This document shows positions 27,693 through 40,990 of a stretch of 64,000 nt of DNA, in pieces. The translations under genes were made by a program, and so were the position numbers. Source of the DNA: the human T2T-CHM13v2.0 reference genome, Homo sapiens; assembly GCF_009914755.1 (NCBI RefSeq), contig NC_060928.1. One strand, 5' to 3'. The notes beneath the pieces were generated by a model, which saw nothing but the letters and a program-made list of their open reading frames with translations, was not told the origin of the DNA and did no database searches. The stretch's first letter is position 1; each line of letters begins with the position of its first letter.

Positions 27693-28058
27693 TGTTTTAG
27701 TCTGTTTGGGTTGCTATGAAAAAAGAATGGCATAGGTTAGGTAGGTTATATACAACAGAAATTTAGTTCTTACAGCTCTAAAGCTAGGAAGTCGAACATC
27801 AAGGCACTGAGAGATTCAGTGTCTGTTGAGGGCCTGTTTCCTGGTTCATAGATGGTGCCTGCTCGTTGTGTTCTCACTTGGTGGAAAGGGCAAGGCAGCT
27901 TATTGGGGACACTTTTTATAAGGGCAGCAATCCCATTTACGAGGGTTCGACCCTTATGATCTAATCACTCCTAAAGTCCCCACCATGTAATGTCATCCAA
28001 TTGGTGATTAGTTTTCAACATATGAATTTTGGGAGATACAAACATTTACACTACAGCA
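27693..28058 (-). mobile_element. MaLR LTR MLT1A
   Basis: tgttttagtctgtttgggttgctat...gtctgttgagggcctgtttcctggttcatagatgg...actacagca; perfect TSD gaaaa. Confidence 0.88.
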
Positions 28059-29643
28059 GAAAACATCTGTAACCAGTTAAAGAATGCCATTTTGTAGAAG
28101 TTTAACCAGGTGCTACTCATAGAAAATCAGTTATTTGTATTATTGGTTAAATTTCTTTCATCAAGTTCATGTAACAATCTGTTGAAGATGAATCTAGTAT
28201 TTTCAGTTAAAAAGTTCAACATTAAATATACACATTTTTGTAGTATTAATATGAATACAAATCTGGCAGAATGCAGCATATCATGAATAATATAATGGTC
28301 TTACTAAATTAAGACATATAGAGAAAAATGTTCTCGAGATTGGCTGTGGTAACTATAGCCACCAAACTGCAGTAATCTATCAGTTGAAATAGAAACTGTA
28401 GATATCAAGATTTCTAAGCATTAAAGTAACTGACTACAAAAGTGTTATGATAAATTTTATGTTAAATACAAGCAAACAAACCTTTTGCAAGACCATATGT
28501 GCTTTCTGTCTTTCTGTTCATTTTCAGTCAGATTTTAAAAATGTTTCTGCCTTATGGAGACCTACTTTGTAAGTCAACCTGCAAGTCTCCATAATGGCTC
28601 TGCACATTTTCTTAAATAACTGCATTTAAAAATAATTGGTTGGAAATCTTTTATCAAAATCTTCAAGGAATTGGAAGCTAGAAAACTTCAAGTTTCACAA
28701 TAACTACAAACAAAAGAAAATTTATCCCTACAAAAGCAGGGAGATGAAGAAATTAAAAGATGAGACCTCAAATAGTGAACAAGATTTAATTTTAAAATTC
28801 TGTAAATGCCTTTGAAATGACCTGTAGGAAAAATCTTTTGATCAAACTTGTTTTTTTGTAATTGGATTATATTATGTACCGGAATGGAATGAAATTGAAG
28901 AGACCTATGATTTTGCAGCATCTATTTGGCAAAACATTAAAAAGAATTATAAATAGAGAATTTATGAGTTTTGCCTTTTAAAATATTTGTGGAAAAGAGA
29001 AACTCTAAATTGAGGCCAAAAAGACAGTACCTATAAAAATATATGCACATTTATACATTTCATAAAAATCAGAATTGAGAATATCCTCCACTTCATAGAA
29101 TTTTCTCTGAGCTTACTAGGTTCATCGGCACCCATAAATAGAATATTTTCTCAATTAAATTGTTATAGACTACAGAGAAAAGTAAACATGTGTCCATTTA
29201 AAATATATTCGTATAAAAAGTAACTTTAAGAAGATTACGGGCAATTTTTGAAAAATTAAAAAGAATAAAATTAAAAAGAATGAGAGCATATTGAAATAAT
29301 AATACATTATTGCATATAAAATCATATTACAGAAAAATATCAATGAATCCGTTTTAGAGAAAGATGTGATTTGTGCTATTTTAACGTCCAGATAATCTAT
29401 ATAATTTTTTAATATTTGGCATTAATTTACAAGGACATATATGATTTTATTTTTTAGAAATAATTTTATTTAAAAAAATAATTTTTGCAAAAAAACTTAT
29501 TTTACAAGTCAGCCCATATAAATATTATAGCCAATTGGTTGTACAAATAAATATTTCAACAGTATAATTCTGATTAATTTTAATGTCTCCTTTCTTCCCA
29601 CCGCCCCCAGCCCCCTTTCATTCTCAAAAGTGTTTTGGCTCAG

Positions 29644-30022
29644 TGTCTGAGTCTGCTTAGGTTGCCACAACAAAATAGCATGGATTGAGTGGCTTAAACA
29701 ACAGAAATTAATTTTCTCCCAGTTTTGGAGGCTGGAAGCCTGAGTTTAGGATGCCAGCAATGATCATATTCTGGTGAGGGCTCTCTTCCTGGCTTGCAGA
29801 TGGTCTCCTTCTCACTGTGATCTCACATGGTAGGGAGAGAAAGACCAAATACTCTGGTGTTTCTTCTTACAGGAGCACTAATCCCATCATGCAGGCTCCA
29901 TCTTCATGACCTCATCTAACTCTAATTACCTTTCTAAGGGCCTATCACCAAATACCATCACATTGGAGGTTATGGCTCCAACATATGGATTTGGCAGGGG
30001 GGATACAATTCAGTCCATACTA
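29644..30022 (-). mobile_element. MaLR LTR MLT1A0-like
   Basis: ggcttaaacaacagaaat...ggtgagggctctcttcctggcttgcagatgg...gatacaattcagtccata. Confidence 0.85.
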
Positions 30023-31356
30023 CTTGGACGATACTATTTTTTGTTCCATATTTAGAAATCTTATTTTCATGGAGTAAGAGGCATCTGGTCCATTGCCATG
30101 AGGTTCCAAGATGGGCCGTCTTTGCTTATATTTGCTTGTCAACACCTAGCTCCACAGCATCCAAATCAAAATGAACGTTTCCCTTTCATCTCTGTTTTCT
30201 AAGAATAGGTCATTCTTTATCCTCCTCTCCCTGTCTATGAAAGATTTCTCTTCTGGCCCTCTCTTAGCCACCTGTGTGCTCCTCTTGGGGGTATAGGGCC
30301 TCCTTTTCATCTTGCTAGGGGGTGTGGGATTCTGTGCATTTTGCCTAAACAGTTCACTTCACCATTACTGCTCTACTGCTCAGATGCCATGATGAATACT
30401 GGGTTACTCAGTGAGGCTTGCAGCCTCCTTGGGAAGCTAGTCAATGCTTCTTTGTGGTCCAGGATACCCCCAAAATAATTTTAGGTTTTTTATTGTACAA
30501 AGTTTTAGATACAGATGCTTTCTGAACCACATCCTGTCCAGCTCTAGGATCCCAGTCTTTTGACCTGTCCTAGGAGACACCTCCCCATTTTGGCAAAACT
30601 GTGTGAATAATATCAGAATTGTAGGAAAAACAGATCTAAAACCACAATAAAATAAGGCCACTGCTATATGTATATACAAATAAGAGTTTAATGATCTTTT
30701 TAAGATCATTAAACTTTTTAAGATCATTTTTCATTTCTATGGGACACTTAATTTTTCCAGATGGTTTTGTCACCTAAAGCAGAATTTTGATATCTGAATG
30801 TTGTCAACTCATTCTTCCTCTATTTGTGGTCTATAACAGCAATCAACAATAAATAATGTTCTAATCTTAATAAATGCAGGCTGCAAGAAGTAAATGAATA
30901 TTGATTGTCTTATCTGAATAGGAAAGCTACTAATATTTATTTCAGATTATATACTTTTGTTTTTCTGCCTCCACTATTCATTGACACCCTCTTAAACAAT
31001 AACATCTTAAAATGAATTTAATGCACACAAAATCTCCTTTAACAGCTCAAAGCAAATTCTTCCATTTTCATAAACTTTTAGTATGTAAAACAAAAAGTAA
31101 ATAAATCTGTTAAGGATATTATTACAATTTTAGGGTCTGAGCATGGTTATTTAAAAAACATTATGGAAATACAAATGAGAAATAATAGAAAATTTAATGT
31201 AAATGTAAAATAATTTATACAATTATTTTCTGTAATGCTTTATCTTTGAAATATAGTATTTCTAATGGTGCTTTGCTTTTTTAAAAAGCTACAATACATT
31301 GTATATAATCCAGAGAGCGTGCATAGCAGCTCTGTTTAGAAAATAGGAAAGTACCA

Positions 31357-31359
<3 letters not shown>

Positions 31360-31388
<29 letters not shown>
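31360..31388 (+). repeat. Poly(A)29 tract with no adjacent Alu/L1 body
   Basis: Uninterrupted A run. Confidence 0.95.
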
Positions 31389-31391
<3 letters not shown>

Positions 31392-31679
31392 CTCTGTTTA
31401 GTGAGCCCACCCACCAACTAGGGGGAAAATGTTAAAATTTTTTTAAAAGGAGGATTGAATACATGGCGTTTTTAGTACTGCATCAAACAGGATTTTATGT
31501 TCTAAATAGTGCTCACTAAATGGGGTCTTAGAGTAATTATTCAATAAATTTACTCAGTAGGTATCTAATTTGAAAGTTCAATCCAACATAACTTTCCCAG
31601 TTTTTTGTTTTGTTTCATTTTTAAGGTGTGGAGTTTATTTTTCTGACATGATAGGGCAAAATAGAGAAATAGTAACAAT

Positions 31680-31870
31680 AATCAACATTTACTTTTGCAA
31701 TCTGTTTTCTAACTTTTATATATTTTTTTGCATTTGAGCCTAACAACCTTCTATGGAACAGAAGATATATGAGGAAACTTGTACCCCAAAATATAAATGA
31801 CTAGAACAAGTTCACGCAGCTTAATTGAGACAGAGCCTAGATAAATGATCTGAGTTTTCCCACTCTGAGG
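31680..31870 (-). mobile_element. MIR fragment
   Basis: catttgagcctaacaacc...atgaggaaacttg...aaatgactagaacaagttcacgcagct. Confidence 0.55.
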
Positions 31871-32339
31871 TCTTTTTCTATTTTTACTTTTCTTTTAGAC
31901 GACACTAGTTTTTAAAGTTTTTATTAATCGCTGCTGTGAAGCTGCATGAGTTAAATAAAATTATCATAAACAGTTTCCCCATTGTCTTGTGGAAATGGGG
32001 GTGCTGAGAAGATCCCTAAACCCTCTCAAGTTTCCCTTTCTCCCTTCCTGGTATCATGTGGGTGTCCTCAAGCTGCATGCATGTAAAAATAAACCCATTG
32101 GCTCTCTTCTGGGAATGTTTCCTGTGTCTCACCTGGGTGAACCTGGCATGCTGAGTTTTCCCTTAGCCAACAGAGAGCTACAAGGGAGGGCACGGTGCAG
32201 GTCCAAGGTGGAAGGGTCACATGAGAGGACAAGTTATTGCCCCAGTTGTTGGAGCTTTGCCAACCTCCCTGCCTGCTGCCAACATGGAGATCCAGTATTC
32301 TCTCTGCTCTATCTTACTCATGTGGCATCACAGTCCTTT

Positions 32340-32907
32340 TGAAATTGCCCTCACAGGGTTAGTGAGAATTACAAGCCAGGCTTTAGGCAGAATTACAGTT
32401 AGGCATTGACCAGGGTGCACTGGTGCACTTCAACACACTTCCATGCAGCTGCTAACTAACCAAGAGTCATGTAGCACACTGACCACCTGCTCCCCCATTG
32501 TTCCTATGGATAGAATCTCTATCTATAGGCTGGACCTTTTTACCCAAGAATTGCTTGAGAATTGTTCTTCAGACCTGGATTCCAGCAGAGCAGCAGATGC
32601 CAACTGGCCTAAAGACCCCCATTGAGGAACCGACTCAGCACAGGAATGTGGTTTCTTCTTCATCTCCCTGTGTTATGACTTTACCCCTCACTTCTCAATC
32701 AATCAGCAATCCCCACATTTTAGCTCATCACCTGTCCAGACCCCTTTGAAGCCCCATCTGCAAACCTCTCAGGGAGTGGATTTGAGGTTTCCTCCTGTCT
32801 CCTCATTTGGCAGCCCTACGATTATTAAACTCTTTCTCTGCTGCAACGTCCAGTGTCTTGTTATGCTGACTCACTGCACATCAGGTAACAAAACTATTAT
32901 GGCTATG
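32340..32907 (+). mobile_element. ERV1 solo LTR, MER4 group (LTR29/LTR8/MER39-like; subfamily uncertain)
   Basis: tgaaattgccctcacagggttag...gaggaaccgactcagcac...attattaaactctttctctgctgcaa; 4-bp TSD cttt. Confidence 0.75.
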
Positions 32908-33800
32908 CTTTAACTTTAAATCTCACCTTCTGCATGCTTCCTTTTCCCTTCTAATCCCCTGCATGCAGTCTTCCTCCTGACACAACTTTTCCTGGTATCA
33001 AATGACTGTTTTGCCAGGAAAAACTCTCCTTTAGCCTGGATCCAGGAACTCTTCCTGGCAGAACACTACATGACTGTGGGTCCCTTTGGTTGGCTCTTGA
33101 GGGCTAGAGAGAACAAGGCTCAGTTTCTCCTTCCTCACTCTCCACATTTAATTAGTTGTCTAATATAACTGTTTCCATCTGAGAGAATCAATGCCACCAT
33201 TCTCTCCCATCACTTCATGCTTCAAACCCCCATTTTCTCTTGCCCAGACGCCACTCCTGGAGCAAATATATAAGTAAAAACCACCATTTTACTTCATGAC
33301 ATATGGAAAGGAGTGCAGGTTTGGGTGATTACCAGAAATAATATAATCTTTTTGATAGCAAATTATGCACATACTCTGAGTTTAAGGGAAATAGGAAACA
33401 TTTCCTGACTTTTCCCACTGGGTGTCTTTCTGACTAGAGTCCACCTCATAAACAATAAGAATTCTCCCCCTGCTTGTTCCCTTCCTTCCTTTCTTTCCCA
33501 CCCCATCACTCTGTTTCCGCCTTTACCCCATGCCTTACTCTACTCAAAAAGGCCAGAAGCCAGAGTGCCATTTTTATTCTTTTGTAGCCAAAGCTGACTG
33601 AACTTTTTGCCCTGAATTTTTGCACTTTTCTGAATGATGCTTTCACACAAATTCTCTTTTGCTATTGTTAATCACTAGGTATTGCATAACTTTTTTAATG
33701 CATTACTATGCCAAAATAACATATATCTGCAGCCTTAAGCTTCCCCTTGAACTACAGATTAATCTAGCCCACTTCCTTCTCAACATCTGCATTTGAACAT

Positions 33801-34755
33801 TGCATCAGTCAGTTTCAACCACAGAGGCAGAACCAGCAGGAGCTATGTATTAAGAGATGTACTGCAAAGAATTGGCTTATGCAGTTGTAAGGGCCAAAAA
33901 GGCAAATCTGAAATTCACAGGGCAGGTCACCAAGAAGGGCAGGCTGGAACTTTCCTATGAGGCTGAAGCTGCAGGACAATGTAGAAATTATTTTCATCAG
34001 GAAAGCCTCAGCAATGCTTTTAAGGTCTTTCAACTGATTGAGTTAGGCCCTCTCAGATTTTCTTTGATAATCTCCCTCATGAAAGTCAGTTGGTTATAGA
34101 CTTTAATCACTTCTACAAAATACCTTCACAACAACAGTTAGATTAATATTTAATTGTGGTGGGGTGCAACCAACACTAGCCCGATATATGGCACCTTGGC
34201 ATTCTAAATATTTTAAGTTGAAAGAAATTGAGAAAACCACAGAAACAGAAAAGTCTTTCTGACCTTATCCTACCCCCTTTCTCCTGAAGCAGGCCATAGA
34301 AATTGACATTCCCCTCTCTCCTTTCTCCCTGAAGCAGGCTGTAAAAACTAGGTAGGTCACTCTCTGACATTCTCTCTCCCTGCCCTCCTGAAGACCTTGT
34401 AACAACTATTCTACCTGGAGCAAAGGAATGTCACACAGAGAGGCCAAAAAGAATCTGAACAAACAGGTCTTGCTAAGTTCCCCCCAGTTTATTACCATTA
34501 GATCTTACCCTTTTGTCTTCCAATCATACTTCTGCATGACTTTGCATAAACACGCAGTTTTTCCTGGGTCATTGGGATCTTCATTTCTGAAGGCTCCCAT
34601 GTCACATAAAACTTTAGCGAATACATTTTTATACTTTACTCTCATTCGTTTGTCTCTTGTTATAGAGATGTGAGCCAAGAACCCTGCTATGAGTAAGGAA
34701 AGAAATCATTTCCCCCCTACAGTTGAATAACTGAGGACTTAACCAGGCCATCCCA
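33801..34755 (-). mobile_element. MLT2 (ERVL) LTR, split by a MER34-like LTR
   Basis: cagaggcagaaccagcagg...gaattggcttatgcagttgt...ggtctttcaactgattg...aaaataccttcacaacaaca; resumes gttgaataactg after 34721. Confidence 0.78.
34157..34721 (+). mobile_element. ERV1 solo LTR, MER34-family-like
   Basis: atatggcaccttggcattctaaatattttaagttgaaag...gaggccaaaaagaatctgaacaaacagg...tcccccctaca; TSD attg/gttg. Confidence 0.72.
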
Positions 34756-34868
34756 GCCTAAGACCATCTTAGACATGTAACATATACTCCTCAAAATTAA
34801 CGTGTCCATACTGAACACCTAGTCTTCCCTCCACTTAGCCCCCTTCACAAACTGGCTTCACCTGCAAT

Positions 34869-35498
34869 TGATACGGCTCTGATGAGTGGAGGAACACCAG
34901 GGCTCTTGTCTCACATCAAATTAGATAAGACAACACGAACACACGTGGAGTGGTTTTAAGGAGCAGAGAGTTTAATAGGGAAGAAGGGGCAAGAAGGGAG
35001 AGAAGGAAGAAGCTCTCCTGTACAGAGACAGAGAGTGGGGTGCTCCAAAGCCAGGAGAGAGAACCCTGCCTGCCACGGATACCAGCCAGGTATATATACA
35101 GAGCCTGGAGGAGGCGGTGTCTGATTTGCATAGGGCTCAGGGGATTGGTTTGACAAGGCATGTCATTCACGTAGCCCTGAAAAAAGCTGGCCCTCCCACC
35201 CTAGCCTTTTAATATGCAAATGCAGGGCAGCCATGATGTTCTACACACGTGGGGATATGTGGGGGGTCATGTTGCCAGGAACCCCTGGGGCAAGAGCAAG
35301 AAGTCCAGGGGAATCGCCATGTTGGGTGGACTCAGTTTCTAACAGCTGGTATTTGCATATTAAAGGTTGCCCGCCTGGCTCTAAGAGCCAGGGCTTTATA
35401 AGAAATGTTTCTGGAGCAGTTTTTAAAATGAAAACTTCCCAAGGACCCCCTTTTCCTCTCTATCTGCCTAAAATAATTTCTCAGTAACTCCTACAACA
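34869..35498 (-). mobile_element. LTR9-family solo LTR (ERV1, HUERS-P3)
   Basis: Ends cttttcctctctatctgcctaaaataatttctcagtaactcctacaaca (reverse complement of the LTR9 start); TSD caat/gaat; three octamer motifs. Confidence 0.85.
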
Positions 35499-35572
35499 GA
35501 ATGGCAAATCCATCATTTCAGTTGTTCAGGACAATAAAACATGAAATTAAGCTCTCTTCCTCTTACACTCCA

Positions 35573-36044
35573 TGTGGTAGACTAAATAATGGCCCCCAAA
35601 ATATGTCCACACCTTAATCTCCAGAACGTTTTTATGGCAGATGAAATTTGCAAATGTGACTATATTAAGATGGGGAAATTATCTTGGATAATCTGGGTGG
35701 AGCCAATGTAATTGCAATAATCTTTGCAGGAAGGATACAGGCAGAGTCAGTCAGAGGAAAAGTCAGTGTGATGATGGAAGGAGGGACCTGGGTGATGTGC
35801 TTTGGAGATGGAAGGAGGAGTCATAAACCAAGGAATACAGGTGGCTTTTAGAAGTTGAAAAAGATGAGGAACAGATTCTCCACTCAGCCTCTAAGTGAAA
35901 TCAGCCCTGTTGACACCTTGACTTTAGCCCAATAAAACTGATTTTAGACTTCCGACCTCCAGAATTGTAAGATAGTAAGTTTATGCTGTTTTAAGCCACT
36001 ACATTTGTCATGATTTGTTATAGCAGCAATAGAGAACTAATACA
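35573..36044 (+). mobile_element. MaLR LTR MLT1D-like
   Basis: tgtggtagactaaataatggccccc...gacttccgacctccagaattgtaag...gcagcaatagagaactaataca. Confidence 0.87.
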
Positions 36045-37000
36045 CTCATTTCCTATATGAGGCAATATGCTGTCATAGACACTACCTTCAATCTGTCCAT
36101 GGTGGAACCACTGTTTACCATCTCTTCTACTACCACCTGGTCCTAGTCTTCATTATCTCCATTCTGAATGATTTCAATAGTCTTCTACCTGTTTTTATCC
36201 ACTCTTCTCTATTATTTTGCCTTGTCCACCTAGTCAGCTACTGCTAGGTTTGGCAGCTTTTTAAGAATCAGGAAAAGGTGCCTCTTCCTCCAGACAGACA
36301 CAATCCCATGCCAGGGTACATGGTGGGGCAGGCAGAGTCCAGATTGAATGTCACCATATGGAATGCAACCTCCATGATTGTGTGTAACATCGCTGCCCAT
36401 GGTTCTTTCCAACAGCAGTCTGAATAATGCCTTTAAAATACATGTAAGTCAGATTACCTTGCTGCTGTGCTCCAAACACTCATGTCTCCGCATTTTACTC
36501 AGTCTTTACAAGGGGACTTCCAGCCCTTTGTCATCTGGCCCTTGTTACCTCTCATATCTCATCTTTACTCTTCTCCCACTCATTCACCACTTATTAAAAT
36601 CAGCCTTGGTGCTGTTCTTCAAACATGACAGACATGTCCTCACCTCAGGGTCTTTGCTCTTGCTCTTTCTTCAGGCCACAGTGATTTGTCTACAATATCC
36701 AAATGGGTGTCTCACCCCCTTCAAGTATTTGGTCAAATGTCCCTTTCTCAGTGACACCTACTCTATTTTGTTAATATTGGCAACCCACACCTCTACCTCC
36801 ACACTTCCCAATCCCTTTATTTTGCCTCAGTTTCTCCTATAACACATAATCCTCTGACATTTTATATATAAATTATTATATTTGTTATAAGCTCTGAGAA
36901 GGTAGGGGTGTTTGATTTATTCACTCCTGTATCATCAAATAATATGTAATATTTAGTACATGCCCAATATTTGAATGAATGAATGAAAAAATTCTTTTTT

Positions 37001-37435
37001 ATCTCAATTTGGGCTTTCCTAGAAGTGGACCCTAACCCAGTGATCCAGGTGCATGTAATTTATTTGGAAGGTGACCCCAGTAAACACTGCTAGGAGAATG
37101 GGGAAGCAAGACATGAAGCGAAGGCAGGCTATGAAGAGAGTTTTCAAACCCTCATGCTCAAGCCCACCGGGGGTCCCTGGGAGCCAGTGAAGATTACAAG
37201 CCTCAGAGCTGTCGCCCCGAGAGGCTAAAGAGTCTGGATTTTTATCCGACAAGTACTGAGAGGGACATTTATTTTCTGGCCCTGCCTTTCTGCCATGCGC
37301 ACAGGGCATAACAGACTCCATCCTCCAAAGTCTTCAGTGAAAGAGATCACTGCCAGCAGCAGAAGTCAAGCCAGTTCCCATGGAACTGTGAGGCCCAAAG
37401 GCACACGCATGGGACATCAAAAGCATCTGGTATGC
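37001..37435 (-). mobile_element. LTR16-family (ERVL) LTR
   Basis: gggctttcctagaagtggaccct...gtaatttatttggaaggtgaccccag...gcctcagagctgtc...cagcatctg-like end. Confidence 0.68.
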
Positions 37436-38983
37436 TTCCCCGCCAGGAATAAGAGGAAGAACCTCTATGTGCCACATAAGTAAAGTTACGAATAGGGCAA
37501 CTTGATAATACTATAATGTTCGTGTTGTAACACCCATCTTATCTGTTGGAGGATGAAGATGGGGAGTCGACAGAGGAGATGAGGGCACTTAGTGGCTGTC
37601 CTGTGAGACTCAAGAAGGGAACAGCTTCTTTCCAAGAACTGATGAGAAGCCTGAACCAGGACCCAGTAGAAGAAAAGGAACCCCTTGAGTTGCTGTTTGG
37701 CTGTTTATAGACAGCGTCCAAGTTGGTCAGTGCCGCTGACAATAGGTACTGCTAAATATTTTGAATATTAACCCTTAGAAGTGGCCTATTCACTAAAACA
37801 GACCTGGAATATCAAAGGGTCACCAAAGCACCGAGGAAGCCCTGGGGCAGACATGGGGATCTGGAATGCAATAAGAAGCATCAAAGAGCAGGGAGTAATG
37901 GGTTGAGGGGATGAGAGGGCGGGTGGTCTGGGTAAATGCCTAAGATGAGAACAGTTCTCTTTAGATGCTTTTATGTTTTTCCGTAGCATGATGTGTTGAT
38001 AGATCAGATAGTTTAGGGGGCCTGGGAAAGGGTACATATGTAAGATACCTTATAGGCAGGACAGCCTTACCATGAATTCTCTTTGATCTTTTAATCCACC
38101 AGAGTCAGGTGCATTCAGAATCCACAAAGAGAAATCTTCCCTAGTGACTATGATGATGCAAGTTCCATCTACAACAGGTTGCCAAAGATCCCTGCCTATT
38201 TCCTATTTAGGAGTTGTGGGTGCCTCAGGGGTCATATTGTACTTTTGTCTGACCCCCCCAAAAGCATCTCTTTGCAATGTAAAGAGAGAGTCAGAATTCT
38301 CCCCTTCCCCACCCAATTCTGCCAGAATGTGTTTAGGCCTGATGTTATTTTTCCTCTAAGCCTATCCTCATTTTTCTTAGGTGCTTGGCTGAAAGCATGG
38401 GCTAAATTGGATGACTGATAATGACAGTTAATGCTGTGGTAACTGAACATAAAGAAAAGAAGTAAAAAAGAAACAAGTGAGTAATGAGAAACAGATTATT
38501 TGAGTCCTGCAATGAGACCTCTAATACAATGGTGGAAGTTAGAGTTGAGGAAGTCCAAGGTGGAAATAATGAACTCCAGGATAAAGCGCTGTCACGAGGC
38601 ATGCCTTATTGTTCCAGATAAGTTAAAACAGCTTCCAATGGTATAAAACATCACTTTGAATTCTCGTCAAAGCAGGGAAACCATGGTCTCAGGGTGAATG
38701 TTCCAATGGCAGCCTGACCAGCGTCACTTCACAACCATGACCACGTCTAAAACTGAAAGATGACTTTAGCCGCTGTTCCCACAAAGTGGTTTCAACACGA
38801 TGACAGTGTGATGCAGAAAACCTAGAGCTAAAAAACTGAATGTATATTCTCTTTAGAGTAAAAGGAAATGACTACAAGCCTGGTAATAAATGTGGCAGCT
38901 TACTAGAAAGGCAGGTTTAAAGAATAAGGAAATTCATGTTAGAGCTTAAATTGAAAACAGGTGCCAAGCCTATTTCATGGATC

Positions 38984-39140
38984 CATAGAATGTCAGAACT
39001 GGAGGAGACCCAGAAGTGACTCATCCAATTCCCACATTTGATGTATCAGGAAACTCAGGTCACAAGAAGTGAAGTGACTTGTTCAATGCCACACACAGTG
39101 TCAGATTTATCTCCTAATTTAAAATTTAGTCTTCTTTTCA
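38984..39140 (-). mobile_element. MIR fragment
   Basis: catagaatgtcagaactggaggagacc...ggaaactcaggtcacaagaagtgaagtgacttg. Confidence 0.6.
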
Positions 39141-39759
39141 GACATTTGAATACCTCTGCCAAAAAAATAATAAAAGAAGCCTCTGCTTTTTTAAACAAGA
39201 TCTATTATAAATTTGAATTCTAAAAAAATGACACCTATCTGACCATTTTCCCTACTACCACATCCTCTAACACCTTACATTTGAACCACATTTTCACCAG
39301 TGGTGACACATTTTCCCAGTGTCTTAGGTGGTTCAAAACGCTGGAGCCCTCCCTGAGTGTTTTCTTCACTTGACTCTTTCCGTCTCTCCCTATAGCCAAA
39401 GTACCAATATAAGCCTCAACAAATCTACTTTATTGTATCAGTGGTCTTTTACCTATACTTTTTGCTTCCCACATCTTCCTTCCATTATCAACCTTAAACA
39501 TTGGGAAAATTATCATGTCATTTTCTGATTCCAAAATCTCTAATATTTATTTCATACCCAGAAGGGAAAATCTAATCTCTTCCACTAACAATCTCCATTA
39601 TGGAATTAAACCCTCCCTTATGCATTAACAAATAGCTGCCATTACTCACCAGTAGGAGACTCTAGCATCTCTCCTCTTTACTTTTTCAGAAATGCACTCC
39701 ATATACACCTTCTGCACCTGTACACATTCACACCTACCCCAACAGTAATCCTTTTCTAT

Positions 39760-40138
39760 CCATCTTTGTCTGTTTTGTGCTATTCTAACAAAATACCACA
39801 GACTAGGAAATTTATAATGAACAGAAATATATCTGCTCATAGTTCTAGAGACTAAAAAGTCAAAGATCAAGGGGCTAGCCACTGGTGAGGGCCTTCTTGT
39901 TGCATCATCTCCATGGCAGAAGTGGAAGAGGAAAAAGGGGGAAGAGAGAGAAAGAGAAAGAGGCCAAAGTCATCCTTCCATAAAGAACTCACTCCTGAGA
40001 TAACCACATTAATCCTTTCATGCAGGTAGAGCCCTTATATCCTAAATCACCTCGTAAAGGTCTCGCCTCCCAACATCACCACATTGGGGATCAAGTTTCC
40101 AGCACATGAACTTTAGGGAACACATTCAAACCATATCA
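39760..40138 (-). mobile_element. MaLR LTR (MSTD-like), inserted in an L2 remnant
   Basis: aaataccacagactagg...ctggtgagggccttcttgttgcatcat...ggggatcaagtttcca...cattcaaaccatatca; TSD ctatc. Confidence 0.82.
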
Positions 40139-40829
40139 CTATCCAAATACCACCTATTCTTCAAAGCCTAGGAAAAAAAAAATCAAAAACAAACATTTCT
40201 GATTATCGGCTCATGAGTGTTTTCCGTTTCTCTGAATCCCTCAGTATATATTATATTGCTTTAATAGCTTCTTAACTATTCTATATGAATGTCGCACCAG
40301 CTTGCACTGCCACAACTTATAACTTAATTGCAACATTTCTTTTGTGTCCTTTTCAACAGCTTCTATACGGAATGCTCAATAAAAGCCTGCCAAATGAATG
40401 AATGATGCAATGGAATGCCTGAGGAATTTGGGCTATACATAAAATATTTAAATATATTAATATTAGTCAGTATTCTACTCTTACCTCTTTTATGTAGTGC
40501 CAAGAAGGCCATCCTGTAAGAGTGTACTTGCATAAAAATTCATGGAAGTTACTCATCCAGATCCACTACTGCCACCTGTTTTGGAAACTCCCTTTTGTCT
40601 CCAAATGGAGCGAAAAGAAGGATGAGATAGTCTCTAAAAACCATGTTTCTGAGCTGATGGCAATTCATTCATTAATTCATTCAGCAGTCCGTCAGTCAAT
40701 CAGTTGGTCAGTCAAGAAATATTATTTGAGTACGGATTTTACCAGAATATCTTTAGTCTTAAATTTTTATTCCAGTGGGCATTTAATCAAGACTCTGCTT
40801 TACAATGACATCCTATTTCTCTTGTAATA

Positions 40830-40990
40830 ATAGCAATAACAATAGTAATAATGCTAACAGTAATTTAAAAACTACTATGTGTTAGACACTGTGCTAAATG
40901 CTTTATATGTATTATTTCATTCATTCCTCACAATGACCCCAAGCAGTAGACATTACTATTATCTTCATTTTGCAAATGAGGACATTTATG
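40830..40990 (-). mobile_element. MIR fragment
   Basis: actactatgtgttagacactgtgctaaatgcttta...tcctcacaatgaccc...cattttgcaaatgagg. Confidence 0.75.

Larger units (their letters stand above)
34770..36990 (+). mobile_element. L2 (L2a-like) 3' region, interrupted by LTR9, MLT1D and an unassigned insert
   Basis: ctcaaaattaacgtgtcca...cctcacctcagggtctttgc...ggtcaaatgtccctttctcagtga...tttgaatgaatgaatga. Confidence 0.75.

Noticed and set aside
37543-37710. Protein-looking plus frame LLEDEDGESTEEMRALSG...
   Set aside because: No start or splice context, no recognisable family; purine-rich composition explains it
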